A stretch of DNA of 41,074 nt. It comes from an uncultured Desulfobulbia bacterium. Its GTDB lineage: Bacteria; Desulfobacterota; Desulfobulbia; Desulfobulbales; CAZDYX01. Both the position numbers and the translations under genes were made by a program. The DNA lies in assembly GCA_964509775.1 (NCBI GenBank), contig CAZDYX010000002.1:5076-46149 (forward strand), given 5' to 3'. Below, piece after piece: positions 33,014 through 41,074 of the stretch (the first letter of the stretch is position 1; each line of letters begins with the position of its first letter). Below the pieces are notes generated by a model. It had not been told where the DNA came from, made no database searches, and saw only the letters and a list, made by a program, of their open reading frames with translations.

Positions 33014-35626
33014 CTAGCGGCCTCCCCCGAGAACCGCAGTAACCATCATGTTCTCGATGGTGGCGGACAGCCTTTCCACCGGCAAGCTATTGCGGACATA
33101 GGCGTGTTTGCCGAGGGGGTCCTTGCGCCAGGTATTGGTGCCATCATCGAGTACCGTATTGACCCCGCGCTGGCGGGTGAACAAAGGGGGCTTAACCTCC
33201 GGGTCGTCCCCGGCGATGCCGTACCATACCGTCAGCTGATCCCAGCTGGAACGATCGCTCAGGCCGTTATAGAGTCGGTAGCCAAGATGCAGAGGATTGC
33301 CCTCGGGGGTGGCGGCCAGCCCGCTTCCGCTCAAGACATGCACTCCGGCCTCGTAACCGACGAAAAGGATCTCGGTCGGCCACTCGGCGACCACGGTGGC
33401 GGTGGCCGCAGCGTCGCGGTAAAAATTCCACTCCCGACCTTTGGGGTATTGTCCTCCCATGGCCACCAGGCGTTTGACTTTTTTGGCGACCAGATCGACA
33501 CCGCTGAGCGGGCTGTCGCCATCCGGTGGGGATTGCAATAGCTTACTGAGATTAGTGAGATAGCCGGTGGTAATGACCACCACCGAGTTGTCCGCCTGCC
33601 CGGCCAGCACCCGGCGATAGAGGGGCAAAGCGTCGATCTCCGCCGGCCTGTCCGCACCTCGTGGCGCAAAGGCCCGGGCGATGGCCTCACTATAGCTGGA
33701 CTCGTCGACCACCCCTTCGCCCTGCACTTGCCCCACGGGAATCCCGGGGCGACCAAAGTAGCTGTTAAGGCCAAGAAGGCAGTCAGTCGCACTCGGGTTG
33801 ATCGCCGAAACCATCATCGCCAATATTTCAGCCCGGCCCTGATTGGCCAGGGTATGCAGCACCGCCACCGCGCCGACATCGTCGACATCGGAGGAGATAT
33901 CGGTATCGAGAATCACCGGCAGGGGGGGCGATGCCGCTGCATCATGAAGGGCCAGACCAAGGCCAAGGGCCAGAGTAACCCCCATTAGCCCCAAACGCCG
34001 CAGCAAACGTGTCGCCAATGAAGGGGATTCCTTCCGCTGCAGGGTGTCGACATACTCCCCCATTCCCACTTCCTGCAACTCCAGTTCGAGCACATACTCC
34101 TTGGCTGTACTGAGGCTCGGTAGCTGGGGCAGAAAAAGCTGTGGGTCATTGCCATAGGACTCGATCACCCAGTGGTCCTCTTCCCTGGCCAGCCACTTGC
34201 CGGTACCGGTCAGATAGAGTTCGCCAAAGTTCCGTGGCGTAAACGAAGCGATGTCGTTGTTCGTTTCCGCAGCAAGGATGCGCAGGGCAAAGAGGCGAAC
34301 CATGCCAAGGCGCACACTGGGGTCAACGCGAAGTTGCGACTCCGCGTTGGTTACCCGAAATGGCAGCCGCACCACCATCTTTTCGCCACAGGGGTAATGG
34401 CGCCAGGGCGAACCGCTGCCATCTGGGGCAGTGATCGCTCCATAGAGCTGCACGAAGTTATCGTGGGCGCCGAAAGAGACGCTCTCGCCCCGCTCGCGCG
34501 CCGCAAACCGCCCGAATTCCCGCTCCTGTAGCTGCAGACTTTGGTGGGTTATAAAGGTGTCGCTCAAGTTGCGCAGGTAGTTGCGGCTGATCGGGTGCCC
34601 ACTGACTATGTTTTCCAAAGCTGCGGCAAAACCGGCGGTGGACGTGGTCCAGTCGGGCCAGGTGGCGGCGGTGGCCAAGGCACCTCGGCATAACTGCTCG
34701 AGCAGCCGCGGCTCATCCCGCAGCCGGTGCAGGCTCTCGATCACCCCCTGCTCGTCGTCTTTTTTGATCACCAGGCCGTTCTCGCCATGGCACAGGTACT
34801 CGTCATGGCCGGTCACCGCGTAGACAATTGCGGTGCCGCCGCAATGGAACATCTCCAGCGGCGGCCCGAACATCCCCTCGACAGAGCTGAGCTTGACCAG
34901 GACATCACAGGAGCGATAAACCGGCGGAGTCTCATGGAGCGGCAGGCGGGAGAAAACGCGGTCGACGCCCGGATACTCCTTCAGCTCCGACGAGGTAAGC
35001 AACCAGATCTCGGCAACGCCTGCCTGGCGACAGAGCTCGATGGTCCTCGGGACGTTTTTATGAAAGACATCCACCGGTCCCTCCACCAGCACCCGCAACC
35101 TTCCCGCCTGGCGGGGGGCGATGACCGCATCTCCCCGGTAGAGGTCCTTGTCGATGCCGTTACGCACCAGGTAGGGGTGATGGTTATACTCGGCAGCCAG
35201 GTATTCCTTGATCCAGGTGGCCTCGGTAATCACCGGGATAGCAAAGAAATAGCCATTGTCGCAACGAGTCGCGCCGAGTGAGTGGTCCCGAGTATCGAGG
35301 TTGCGGGGGTCGTCCGGGGCGAAAAATTTTGATTCGATCGACTGGACGAAATAGGCGACATGGGTGGCCCGCACCTGGGCGAGCAGATAAGGGCTCTCCC
35401 ACCAGGTGGCGATGGCCATATCGAAGTCCTCTCCGCTGATCTCGGCAAGGGTTCGCCAGCGCAGCCCCGGTCCTTCGCGGTGCCAGCTGTAGCGCGCCGG
35501 ATCAACGGGCAGGGCGGTGGTGATGGTCACCTCATGGCCGAGCCGCCGTAGACCGCCGCCGTGCTGCAGGATGACATGGGTGCCGCCGCTGATATCCGGG
35601 GAGCAGAGAAGGAAGACGATCTTCAT
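33014..35626 (-). CDS. GT4 glycosyltransferase - unknown middle domain - signal-peptide-like segment - nucleoside-hydrolase-like domain (single 870-aa ORF)
   Basis: N-terminus MKIVFLLCSPDISGGTHVILQHGGGLRRLGHEV and LSSVEGMFGPPLEMFHCGGTAIVYAVTGHDEY indicate GT4. The internal segment MGEYVDTLQRKESPSLATRLLRRLGLMGVTLALGLGLALHDAAA-S (33932..34063) looks like an RR-type signal peptide or TM anchor. It is followed by VILDTDISSDVDDVGAV (33878..33907), which resembles the Asp cluster of inosine-uridine nucleoside hydrolases. Confidence 0.75.
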   Translation of the reverse strand: MKIVFLLCSPDISGGTHVILQHGGGLRRLGHEVTITTALPVDPARYSWHREGPGLRWRTLAEISGEDFDMAIATWWESPYLLAQVRATHVAYFVQSIESKFFAPDDPRNLDTRDHSLGATRCDNGYFFAIPVITEATWIKEYLAAEYNHHPYLVRNGIDKDLYRGDAVIAPRQAGRLRVLVEGPVDVFHKNVPRTIELCRQAGVAEIWLLTSSELKEYPGVDRVFSRLPLHETPPVYRSCDVLVKLSSVEGMFGPPLEMFHCGGTAIVYAVTGHDEYLCHGENGLVIKKDDEQGVIESLHRLRDEPRLLEQLCRGALATAATWPDWTTSTAGFAAALENIVSGHPISRNYLRNLSDTFITHQSLQLQEREFGRFAARERGESVSFGAHDNFVQLYGAITAPDGSGSPWRHYPCGEKMVVRLPFRVTNAESQLRVDPSVRLGMVRLFALRILAAETNNDIASFTPRNFGELYLTGTGKWLAREEDHWVIESYGNDPQLFLPQLPSLSTAKEYVLELELQEVGMGEYVDTLQRKESPSLATRLLRRLGLMGVTLALGLGLALHDAAASPPLPVILDTDISSDVDDVGAVAVLHTLANQGRAEILAMMVSAINPSATDCLLGLNSYFGRPGIPVGQVQGEGVVDESSYSEAIARAFAPRGADRPAEIDALPLYRRVLAGQADNSVVVITTGYLTNLSKLLQSPPDGDSPLSGVDLVAKKVKRLVAMGGQYPKGREWNFYRDAAATATVVAEWPTEILFVGYEAGVHVLSGSGLAATPEGNPLHLGYRLYNGLSDRSSWDQLTVWYGIAGDDPEVKPPLFTRQRGVNTVLDDGTNTWRKDPLGKHAYVRNSLPVERLSATIENMMVTAVLGGGR

Positions 35627-37722
35627 CGGTAGCTGCCGAAAACGAGCTTGCGCCGTTTCGCCCCCTCGAAGGGAATGAGGAAATCAAGGCCAAGCCGCCG
35701 CAGGATGATCGGTGGCCAGACCCCGGTTTCGAGAAACGCTGCCGGGTCGCGCACCAGGGCGCGGAGATTGGCAAGCCGCTGGGCAAAGGGTACCTCACTT
35801 CCCCTGCCAAAGGAGGTGAACTCAAACAACCCGAAGTTTTCCAGGTGGTAAAGCTGGCCATAGAGGTCGATCTCGGCCCTGGTCGGAGTGAAGACCATGC
35901 GCGCATGCTGCCGGGCCCACCAGGAGGGATCGGGAAAAGTGGCGTCACTGACAGCCGGCAGGTTACACAACTTGTCGTGCAGCTCGCCATAGACCGCTTG
36001 CAAGGGGGCAATCCATTGCCGGTAGAGGCTGCGTTCCTCGGGAAGATCGAGCAGGGTCGCCAGCGGCGTCACCGTTCCCTGTCCATCCGCATAACGACCC
36101 GACCGCCGCGCCGGCCCCAACTCCTCGTCGCGAAAATAGCCATCGGCACTGCCATGGGAGGCGCCGAGCATCATCTCGAAGAGGGAACGGTTGTTGTTAT
36201 AGACATGGACAAAGGGGCTGTGCGTGGGCGTGTCGGCGAACAGCACCCCGGTCTTACGGTTGTTCTCCCCGATATCGCTCGGGCTGAGCAGGCCGAGGTA
36301 ATAGCCGTTCAATCGCACCTGGCCATCCAGGGCCCGGAAGATATTGTTCTGGATCGACCCCTTCCAACCAACATCGACCAAGGCCAGGCCGTGCCGGTGC
36401 AGATCTCGGCCAAAACTCTGCAGGTAGGCGAGAAAATTGACCTTCTGCCGCTGGCGATGCTCTTCATAACTGCGGCGAAACGATGGCGAGGCCAGTAGCG
36501 TGGAAAAATCGGGGTGGTTCTTGAGATCGAAATGGCGCGTCGCCCCGTCCAGGGAAAGATTTTGACAGAGGGCAACAGCCTCCTCCTCGGCAAAATTGAG
36601 GCTCTGCAGGAATTCTAAAAGAGATTGATCACGATAGTAAGTGAAGAGGCCGGAAAAATCTTCCTCGGCCAAAGATCGGCAACCGCAGATATAGGTGGCT
36701 TTGCGCGAAACCAGCAGGTATTCACTGGCGATAACCTGACGGCCAAAACGGATCTCCTGATAGCGCCGAAAGAACTGCCTGAGAAACTCGCCCTCCTTGG
36801 AGCAGAAAAAGAGGGTGTCGACCCGGTCGCGAACGGCCTGGAGAAAGAGTTTGTGGGTGAAAAGGTGCAGCGACAGCCCCATCTCCGGGAAAGCGGGAGC
36901 GCGGTGGGCGTCGAGAAGCCGTCTGTAGGCGGCAATGGTATCGTGGGGGCCGCTTCCGCCTTGTCTTCGTCCCCCGCCACTCTCGCCCTTTTGCAGACAA
37001 AGACCGACCATGCCCCGCTCCTGCGCCATGCGCAGGTCGGCATGGGGATTGTCGCCAACCATCAGAAAGTTTTCCGGGGGCAGATTAAAGGTCTCGGCAA
37101 CGACCTCGTAAAGTCGGCCACTATGGCCCTTGGTGAGAAGGTGGTCGGCGGAAACGAAGAGCTGGTCGACAAGGCCATCCAGCCCATGCCGGAGCAGCAG
37201 TTTGTGGAACTCAACGCCTGGCAGGTAAAAATCGGAGATTATGGCGGTGCGCACCCCGGCTTCACGGCAGTGACGAAGAATAGCCACCATCTCCGGATTG
37301 ACCAATTGCACCCGCTTTTCGACCGCCACCTCGATATCGAGCAGCAGCCGGCAAAATGTCGCCATATCCATGGTGACGGCCTCGCCGAAGAGGTGCCGCA
37401 GAACGAGGTAGAGACTTTCGGCCAGATCCACCAGATTGAACTCGGGGTCAAAACCCCTGGCCCGGTTTTCGTTGCAGAGCCGTTCTTCCAAACGACTTCG
37501 CAGGGTGTAGAGAAACTCTCCGTCCCCCGACCGGCCAAGCACATCAGCCAGTTCCCGGGCGGCAATCCGTTTGGTGTCTTCCGCCACCACGGTACGACGT
37601 ACCAGGGTGTCGAAAAAATCGCAGCACACCACCTTGGGCGCGGCAGACCGCGACGCCAGCCATCGTTTGACCTCGGCAAGGAGCTGTGCTGGGGAATAGG
37701 TTTGATTGTCCACGATGGTCAA
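35623..37722 (-). CDS. HAD-superfamily hydrolase domain fused to a large uncharacterised C-terminal domain
   Basis: HAD motif I variant VVCCDFFDTLVRR (37606..37620), IISDFYLPG (motif II-like) and MVGDNPHADLRMA (motif IV). About 450 further residues include LVDVGWKGSIQNNI. It overlaps the wzt stop upstream and the next gene's start downstream. Confidence 0.7.
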   Translation of the reverse strand: MTIVDNQTYSPAQLLAEVKRWLASRSAAPKVVCCDFFDTLVRRTVVAEDTKRIAARELADVLGRSGDGEFLYTLRSRLEERLCNENRARGFDPEFNLVDLAESLYLVLRHLFGEAVTMDMATFCRLLLDIEVAVEKRVQLVNPEMVAILRHCREAGVRTAIISDFYLPGVEFHKLLLRHGLDGLVDQLFVSADHLLTKGHSGRLYEVVAETFNLPPENFLMVGDNPHADLRMAQERGMVGLCLQKGESGGGRRQGGSGPHDTIAAYRRLLDAHRAPAFPEMGLSLHLFTHKLFLQAVRDRVDTLFFCSKEGEFLRQFFRRYQEIRFGRQVIASEYLLVSRKATYICGCRSLAEEDFSGLFTYYRDQSLLEFLQSLNFAEEEAVALCQNLSLDGATRHFDLKNHPDFSTLLASPSFRRSYEEHRQRQKVNFLAYLQSFGRDLHRHGLALVDVGWKGSIQNNIFRALDGQVRLNGYYLGLLSPSDIGENNRKTGVLFADTPTHSPFVHVYNNNRSLFEMMLGASHGSADGYFRDEELGPARRSGRYADGQGTVTPLATLLDLPEERSLYRQWIAPLQAVYGELHDKLCNLPAVSDATFPDPSWWARQHARMVFTPTRAEIDLYGQLYHLENFGLFEFTSFGRGSEVPFAQRLANLRALVRDPAAFLETGVWPPIILRRLGLDFLIPFEGAKRRKLVFGSYR

Positions 37723-39014
37723 GGGGCGGCTAAGGGGCGAATCTCGCAGGAACGGATCGGGTTGTTGAAGATACCGTGCACCCCCTTGCCGACCACCAGC
37801 GCGGCGATTGAAGCGACATTATGCGCCCAACAGTGGATCTTGTGAACAAAGGGGTCGGTACCCTCGCCGATGCCGAAGGTCAGGGTATACTGCTCCGGAT
37901 AAACCTCGGGCCAGATAAAGGAATAGGTGATCACCGATTTTCCCTCATCGACGGCCAAGCGCTCGCTCAGCGACGAGCAGGTGTTCTCGCCGAAGATGGC
38001 ATTGCCAAGGCGATCCTTGACCGTATAGCCGACAATCAGCTGCTCCACCGCCCTGGCGGCATTAACCTGGAGGTGGACAACCACGAGGTCGCCGTGCACC
38101 GCAGTTTCCTTGGGGTCCCCCTGCTCGTCGCTCACCTTGACCTTGAGAATTTCAATCTCCAGGGCGCCACCGCGGTCCTCAGGGCTGACAGGCATCCACC
38201 CGGAATCATCAGCCTGAATTGGCTCGGCCGTCTCTTTGTCCGTAATTTGCCCTTCCCTCTCCTTTTTCTCCTGAAAACGCTCGTTATGGACCAGCTTGGT
38301 ATACTTGGCCACCCCGTCGATCGGCTCACCATCGAAGAGAACCTTGCCCCCGTCAAGCAGGATCACCCGCCGGCAGAGGTTGGTCACCGAGTGCATGTCG
38401 TGGGTGACGAAGACAATGGTGGCGTTCTTCTGCATCTCCTTCATATGGGCGACGCACTTCTGCTGAAAAAAGATATCGCCCACCGCCAGGGCTTCGTCGA
38501 CGATAAGGATCTCCGGCTCGACATTGATGGCGGTGGCAAAGGCCAGGCGCACGTACATGCCGCTCGAATAGAGTTTGACCGGCTGGTCGACATACTCGCC
38601 GATATCGGCAAAGGCGAAGATCCGTTCGATATTGTGGTCGACATAGTCCCGCGACAGCCCCATGATGGTGGCGCTGAGGTAGACATTCTCGCGGCCGGTG
38701 AACTCCGGGTTAAAGCCGGCGCCGAGCTCGAGCAGGGCCGAGATGCGGCCGCTGACGCTAACGTTGCCGGCTGAAGGCTGCAACACGCCGCAGAGAATCT
38801 GCAGCAGGGTCGACTTGCCGCTGCCGTTCTTGCCGATGATGCCCACCGATTCGCCGCGCTTGATGGAAAACGAGACCTCATCGAGGGCGGTAAAGGGGCG
38901 GTGATACTGTTTGCGCAGGGGGTGGAAAGTCTCGCGGATGCGATCGGAGTTGCGTTTGTAGAGACGGTAGGTCTTGCAGACCTTGTCGATTTCTATGGCA
39001 TAGTCCTCGGACAT
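37719..39014 (-). CDS. wzt: Polysaccharide ABC exporter ATP-binding protein with C-terminal carbohydrate-binding extension (second copy)
   Basis: Walker A GIIGKNGSGKSTLLQ, signature YSSGMYVRLAFATA and Walker B ILIVDEALAVGD, plus about 190 extra C-terminal residues. The track start at 39041 is a TTG. The ATG at 39014 (MSEDYAIEIDKVCKTY), preceded by AAGGTGG, is preferred. Confidence 0.9.
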   Translation of the reverse strand: MSEDYAIEIDKVCKTYRLYKRNSDRIRETFHPLRKQYHRPFTALDEVSFSIKRGESVGIIGKNGSGKSTLLQILCGVLQPSAGNVSVSGRISALLELGAGFNPEFTGRENVYLSATIMGLSRDYVDHNIERIFAFADIGEYVDQPVKLYSSGMYVRLAFATAINVEPEILIVDEALAVGDIFFQQKCVAHMKEMQKNATIVFVTHDMHSVTNLCRRVILLDGGKVLFDGEPIDGVAKYTKLVHNERFQEKKEREGQITDKETAEPIQADDSGWMPVSPEDRGGALEIEILKVKVSDEQGDPKETAVHGDLVVVHLQVNAARAVEQLIVGYTVKDRLGNAIFGENTCSSLSERLAVDEGKSVITYSFIWPEVYPEQYTLTFGIGEGTDPFVHKIHCWAHNVASIAALVVGKGVHGIFNNPIRSCEIRPLAAP

Positions 39015-39024
39015 CGCGGCCACC

Positions 39025-39831
39025 TTAGAGGACATCGGCAAACTGCGGTTTGAGTCGGGAAAAGACCCAGCCGCCGCCCACCAGAAAGAGGCCGGTCACC
39101 GCCCAGAAATAGAGGGTTTCCCAACCGTGCTGCCAAAACGGCACAAAAGAGATGAACGAATCGCGGTAGCCCTGGACGATATAGCACAAGGGATTAAGCT
39201 TCAGCCAGAATTGCACCCTCTCCGGCATGATCGCCACATCCCAGAAGATCGGGGTGGCCCAGAAACCCACCTGGAGGACCACCGGAACCAGCTGGCCGAC
39301 ATCGCGGGCATAAACGTTCAAGGCCGAGATCAGCCAGCCGATGCCCCCGGCGAGGACGAGAAGACAAAAGAGATAGTAGACGCCCTGCAGGTAGTAGAGA
39401 CTGAGCGGCATGGAGTTGGCGAGGATGAGCACCATCAAAAGGATGACGAAGGCCCCGTGCGCCACGAGATTGGAGAGGATCTTGACCACCACCAGGATCT
39501 GCGAGGGGAAGACCGTTTTTTTAATGAGGTGGGCGTATTGGAGAATGACCCCGGCGGCCGAGGCGACGATGGCCGAAAACACAAACCAGGGCGCCATGCC
39601 GGCGGTCAGCCACACCACGAAGGGCACGTTGTTGAGCGGCTGCGCCTTGAAACCGACGCTGAACACGAACCAGAAGACGAGGATCATCACCGCCGGCTGA
39701 ATAAAGGTCCAGCAAAACCCGAGCAGCGAGCCGACGTACATGCCGGCCACCTCTCGGGCGGCCAGGGCGCGCAGCATCCGGTTGTACTTCACCAGGTCCC
39801 TGGCCAGACGATACACTCCTCCGCCGATCAT
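39025..39831 (-). CDS. wzm: ABC-2 type polysaccharide exporter permease (second copy)
   Basis: MLRALAAREVAGMYVGSLLGFCWTFIQP followed by 6 hydrophobic segments. The ATG is preceded by AAGGAAGGGG. Confidence 0.9.
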   Translation of the reverse strand: MIGGGVYRLARDLVKYNRMLRALAAREVAGMYVGSLLGFCWTFIQPAVMILVFWFVFSVGFKAQPLNNVPFVVWLTAGMAPWFVFSAIVASAAGVILQYAHLIKKTVFPSQILVVVKILSNLVAHGAFVILLMVLILANSMPLSLYYLQGVYYLFCLLVLAGGIGWLISALNVYARDVGQLVPVVLQVGFWATPIFWDVAIMPERVQFWLKLNPLCYIVQGYRDSFISFVPFWQHGWETLYFWAVTGLFLVGGGWVFSRLKPQFADVL

Positions 39832-39840
39832 ACCCCTTCC

Positions 39841-40788
39841 TTACTTTCCGAGTACACTCTTGAAATAGGCAATGGTCGGCTTCAGCCCCTCGGCAAGGGG
39901 GACCTTGGGCTCCCAGCCGAGGTGCTCGCGAGCCTGCGAGATATCGGGCTGCCGCTGCTTCGGGTCATCCATGGGCAGGGGCTTTTCGATGATGGGCGAT
40001 TTCGAACCGGTCATCTCCACGACCCGGTGCGCCAACTCGCGGATGGTGAACTCCACCGGGTTGCCGAGGTTGAGCGGCCCGACCAACTCGTCACCGGAAT
40101 CCATGAAGAGGACAAAGGCCTCAATGAGATCGTCGACAAAGCAAAATGATCGGCTCTGACTGCCGTCACCGTAGATGGTGATCGGCTCATTACTGAGCGC
40201 CTGGACGATGAAGTTGGAGACCACCCGGCCGTCGTTTAATTGCATGCGCGGCCCATAGGTATTGAAGATGCGTCCGACCTTGATGCGCACCCGGTGCTGA
40301 CGGTGGTAATCAAAGAAAAGCGTCTCGGCGCAGCGCTTGCCCTCGTCGTAGCAGGAGCGCGGCCCGATGGGATTGACATGGCCCCAGTAGCCCTCGGGCT
40401 GAGGATGGATCAGGGGATCGCCATAGACCTCGCTGGTCGAGGCCTGGAAGATCTTGGCCTTGACCCGCTTGGCCAGGCCGAGCATGTTAATCGCCCCGTG
40501 CACCGAAGTCTTGGTAGTCTGCACCGGATCGAACTGGTAGTGGATCGGCGAGGCCGGACAGGCGAGGTTATAGATCTCGTCGACCTCCAGGTAGAGCGGG
40601 AAGGTGACGTCATGGCGCATCAGCTCAAAGAGCGGATCCTTCAGGAGATGTAGGATATTCCCCTTGGCGCCGGTATAAAAGTTATCGATGCAGAGCACCT
40701 CATGCCCCATGGCAAGGAGATTCTCGCAGAGGTGCGAGCCGAGAAATCCGGCACCGCCGGTGACCGCTATGCGTTTTCTGGTGGACAT
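39841..40788 (-). CDS. uxs: UDP-glucuronate decarboxylase (UDP-xylose synthase), SDR family
   Basis: [53 protein letters not shown] (YxxxK) and [10 protein letters not shown]. The track start at 40839 is a TTG, so the ATG at 40788 ([15 protein letters not shown]) is preferred. Confidence 0.9.
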   Translation of the reverse strand: MSTRKRIAVTGGAGFLGSHLCENLLAMGHEVLCIDNFYTGAKGNILHLLKDPLFELMRHDVTFPLYLEVDEIYNLACPASPIHYQFDPVQTTKTSVHGAINMLGLAKRVKAKIFQASTSEVYGDPLIHPQPEGYWGHVNPIGPRSCYDEGKRCAETLFFDYHRQHRVRIKVGRIFNTYGPRMQLNDGRVVSNFIVQALSNEPITIYGDGSQSRSFCFVDDLIEAFVLFMDSGDELVGPLNLGNPVEFTIRELAHRVVEMTGSKSPIIEKPLPMDDPKQRQPDISQAREHLGWEPKVPLAEGLKPTIAYFKSVLGK

Positions 40789-41074
40789 GGTAATGGAAGC
40801 TCCTGAAAGCAATGACGATATGCGCCTTTTATAAATCAACCAGAGATGCGAAGGGAATCAGTTTATAGCAACTGCAATTTTGTGCATCCAAGAAGGCTCA
40901 CCACGTTGTGAAGGGTGGGTCTTCTCTCCACTTGTCGGCTGTTAGTAATCGAACAATGAGGAAATGGCAATTCGAAGTTCATTTGTCCCGTCGAGTACAA
41001 ACCTGCCCTTCTCAATTCGTGGAAATTTACTGTTAATCGCAGTTCTCCGGTTGGCCGAACTCCGCCTCAAGCTC

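Noticed and set aside
35532-36011. Minus-strand out-of-frame ORFs in GC-rich block C (35532..36011, 36615..37058, 37239..37679, 38441..38881, 33331..33792).
   Set aside because: They are alternative frames of the same strand as the real genes. Their composition is Arg/Pro/Ser/Ala-rich with no motifs, so they are frame shadows.
36625-37845. 406-aa plus-strand ORF, and similar long plus-strand ORFs at 37821..38774, 39127..40149, 35845..36498, 34727..35281, 33104..33541 and 31556..32209.
   Set aside because: All lie antisense to minus-strand genes that have clear family motifs (HAD, Wzt, Wzm, UXS, GT4). Their translations are low-complexity and rich in R/G/P/A or D/E/H, as expected for shadow ORFs in GC-rich DNA, and show no recognisable domains.
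1-41074. Searched by eye for CRISPR-like spaced repeats, tRNA T-arm-like GGTTCGAATCC motifs and rRNA segments.
   Set aside because: None were found. The only repeated elements seen are the IS630 inverted repeats and the paralogous methyltransferase genes. A computational repeat, tRNA and ncRNA scan would be needed to be definitive.

Overview
This 41 kb window is almost entirely minus-strand coding and is a surface-glycan (O-antigen, EPS or S-layer-glycan type) biosynthesis region. I saw no rRNA, tRNA or CRISPR array. It falls into three compositional blocks, judged by hand counts of single 60-nt lines rather than window averages. Block A (1 to ~25.4 kb) is AT-rich, about 33-40% GC in the lines counted. 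It carries 9 glycosyltransferase genes (GT2, GT4 and one clear GT6 of the ABO / alpha-3-GalT type) and 7 SAM-dependent methyltransferase genes. It also carries a DUF1919 gene and a complete Wzm/Wzt ABC exporter. Block A is interrupted by an apparently intact IS630-family element and by a heavily decayed tyrosine-integrase + IS91-transposase element that sits between two paralogous FkbM-like methyltransferase genes. The right edge of block A holds a decaying HEPN/MNT pair and an intact three-gene GbsR/MarR - small protein - AbiEii nucleotidyltransferase module. Block B (~25.4-33.0 kb, about 45-60% GC) encodes a GT-C-like membrane glycosyltransferase, GDP-mannose 4,6-dehydratase, a GT4, a GT2, a 717-aa polytopic membrane protein and a truncated polyprenyl-phosphate-sugar-synthase-like GT2 remnant. 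Block C (~33.0-40.8 kb, about 58-68% GC) encodes an 870-aa ORF that joins a cytoplasmic GT4 to a signal-peptide-like segment and a nucleoside-hydrolase-like domain. It also encodes a 699-aa HAD-domain protein, a second complete Wzm/Wzt exporter and UDP-glucuronate decarboxylase. The items most worth follow-up are the GT6 enzyme, the tripartite AbiEii module with its palindromic operator candidate, the GT4/signal-peptide/nucleoside-hydrolase ORF, and the HAD protein translationally coupled to Wzt. The stacking of two cap-reading ABC export systems in compositionally different DNA also merits follow-up. All functional calls come from reading motifs in the supplied translations; no database search was possible.
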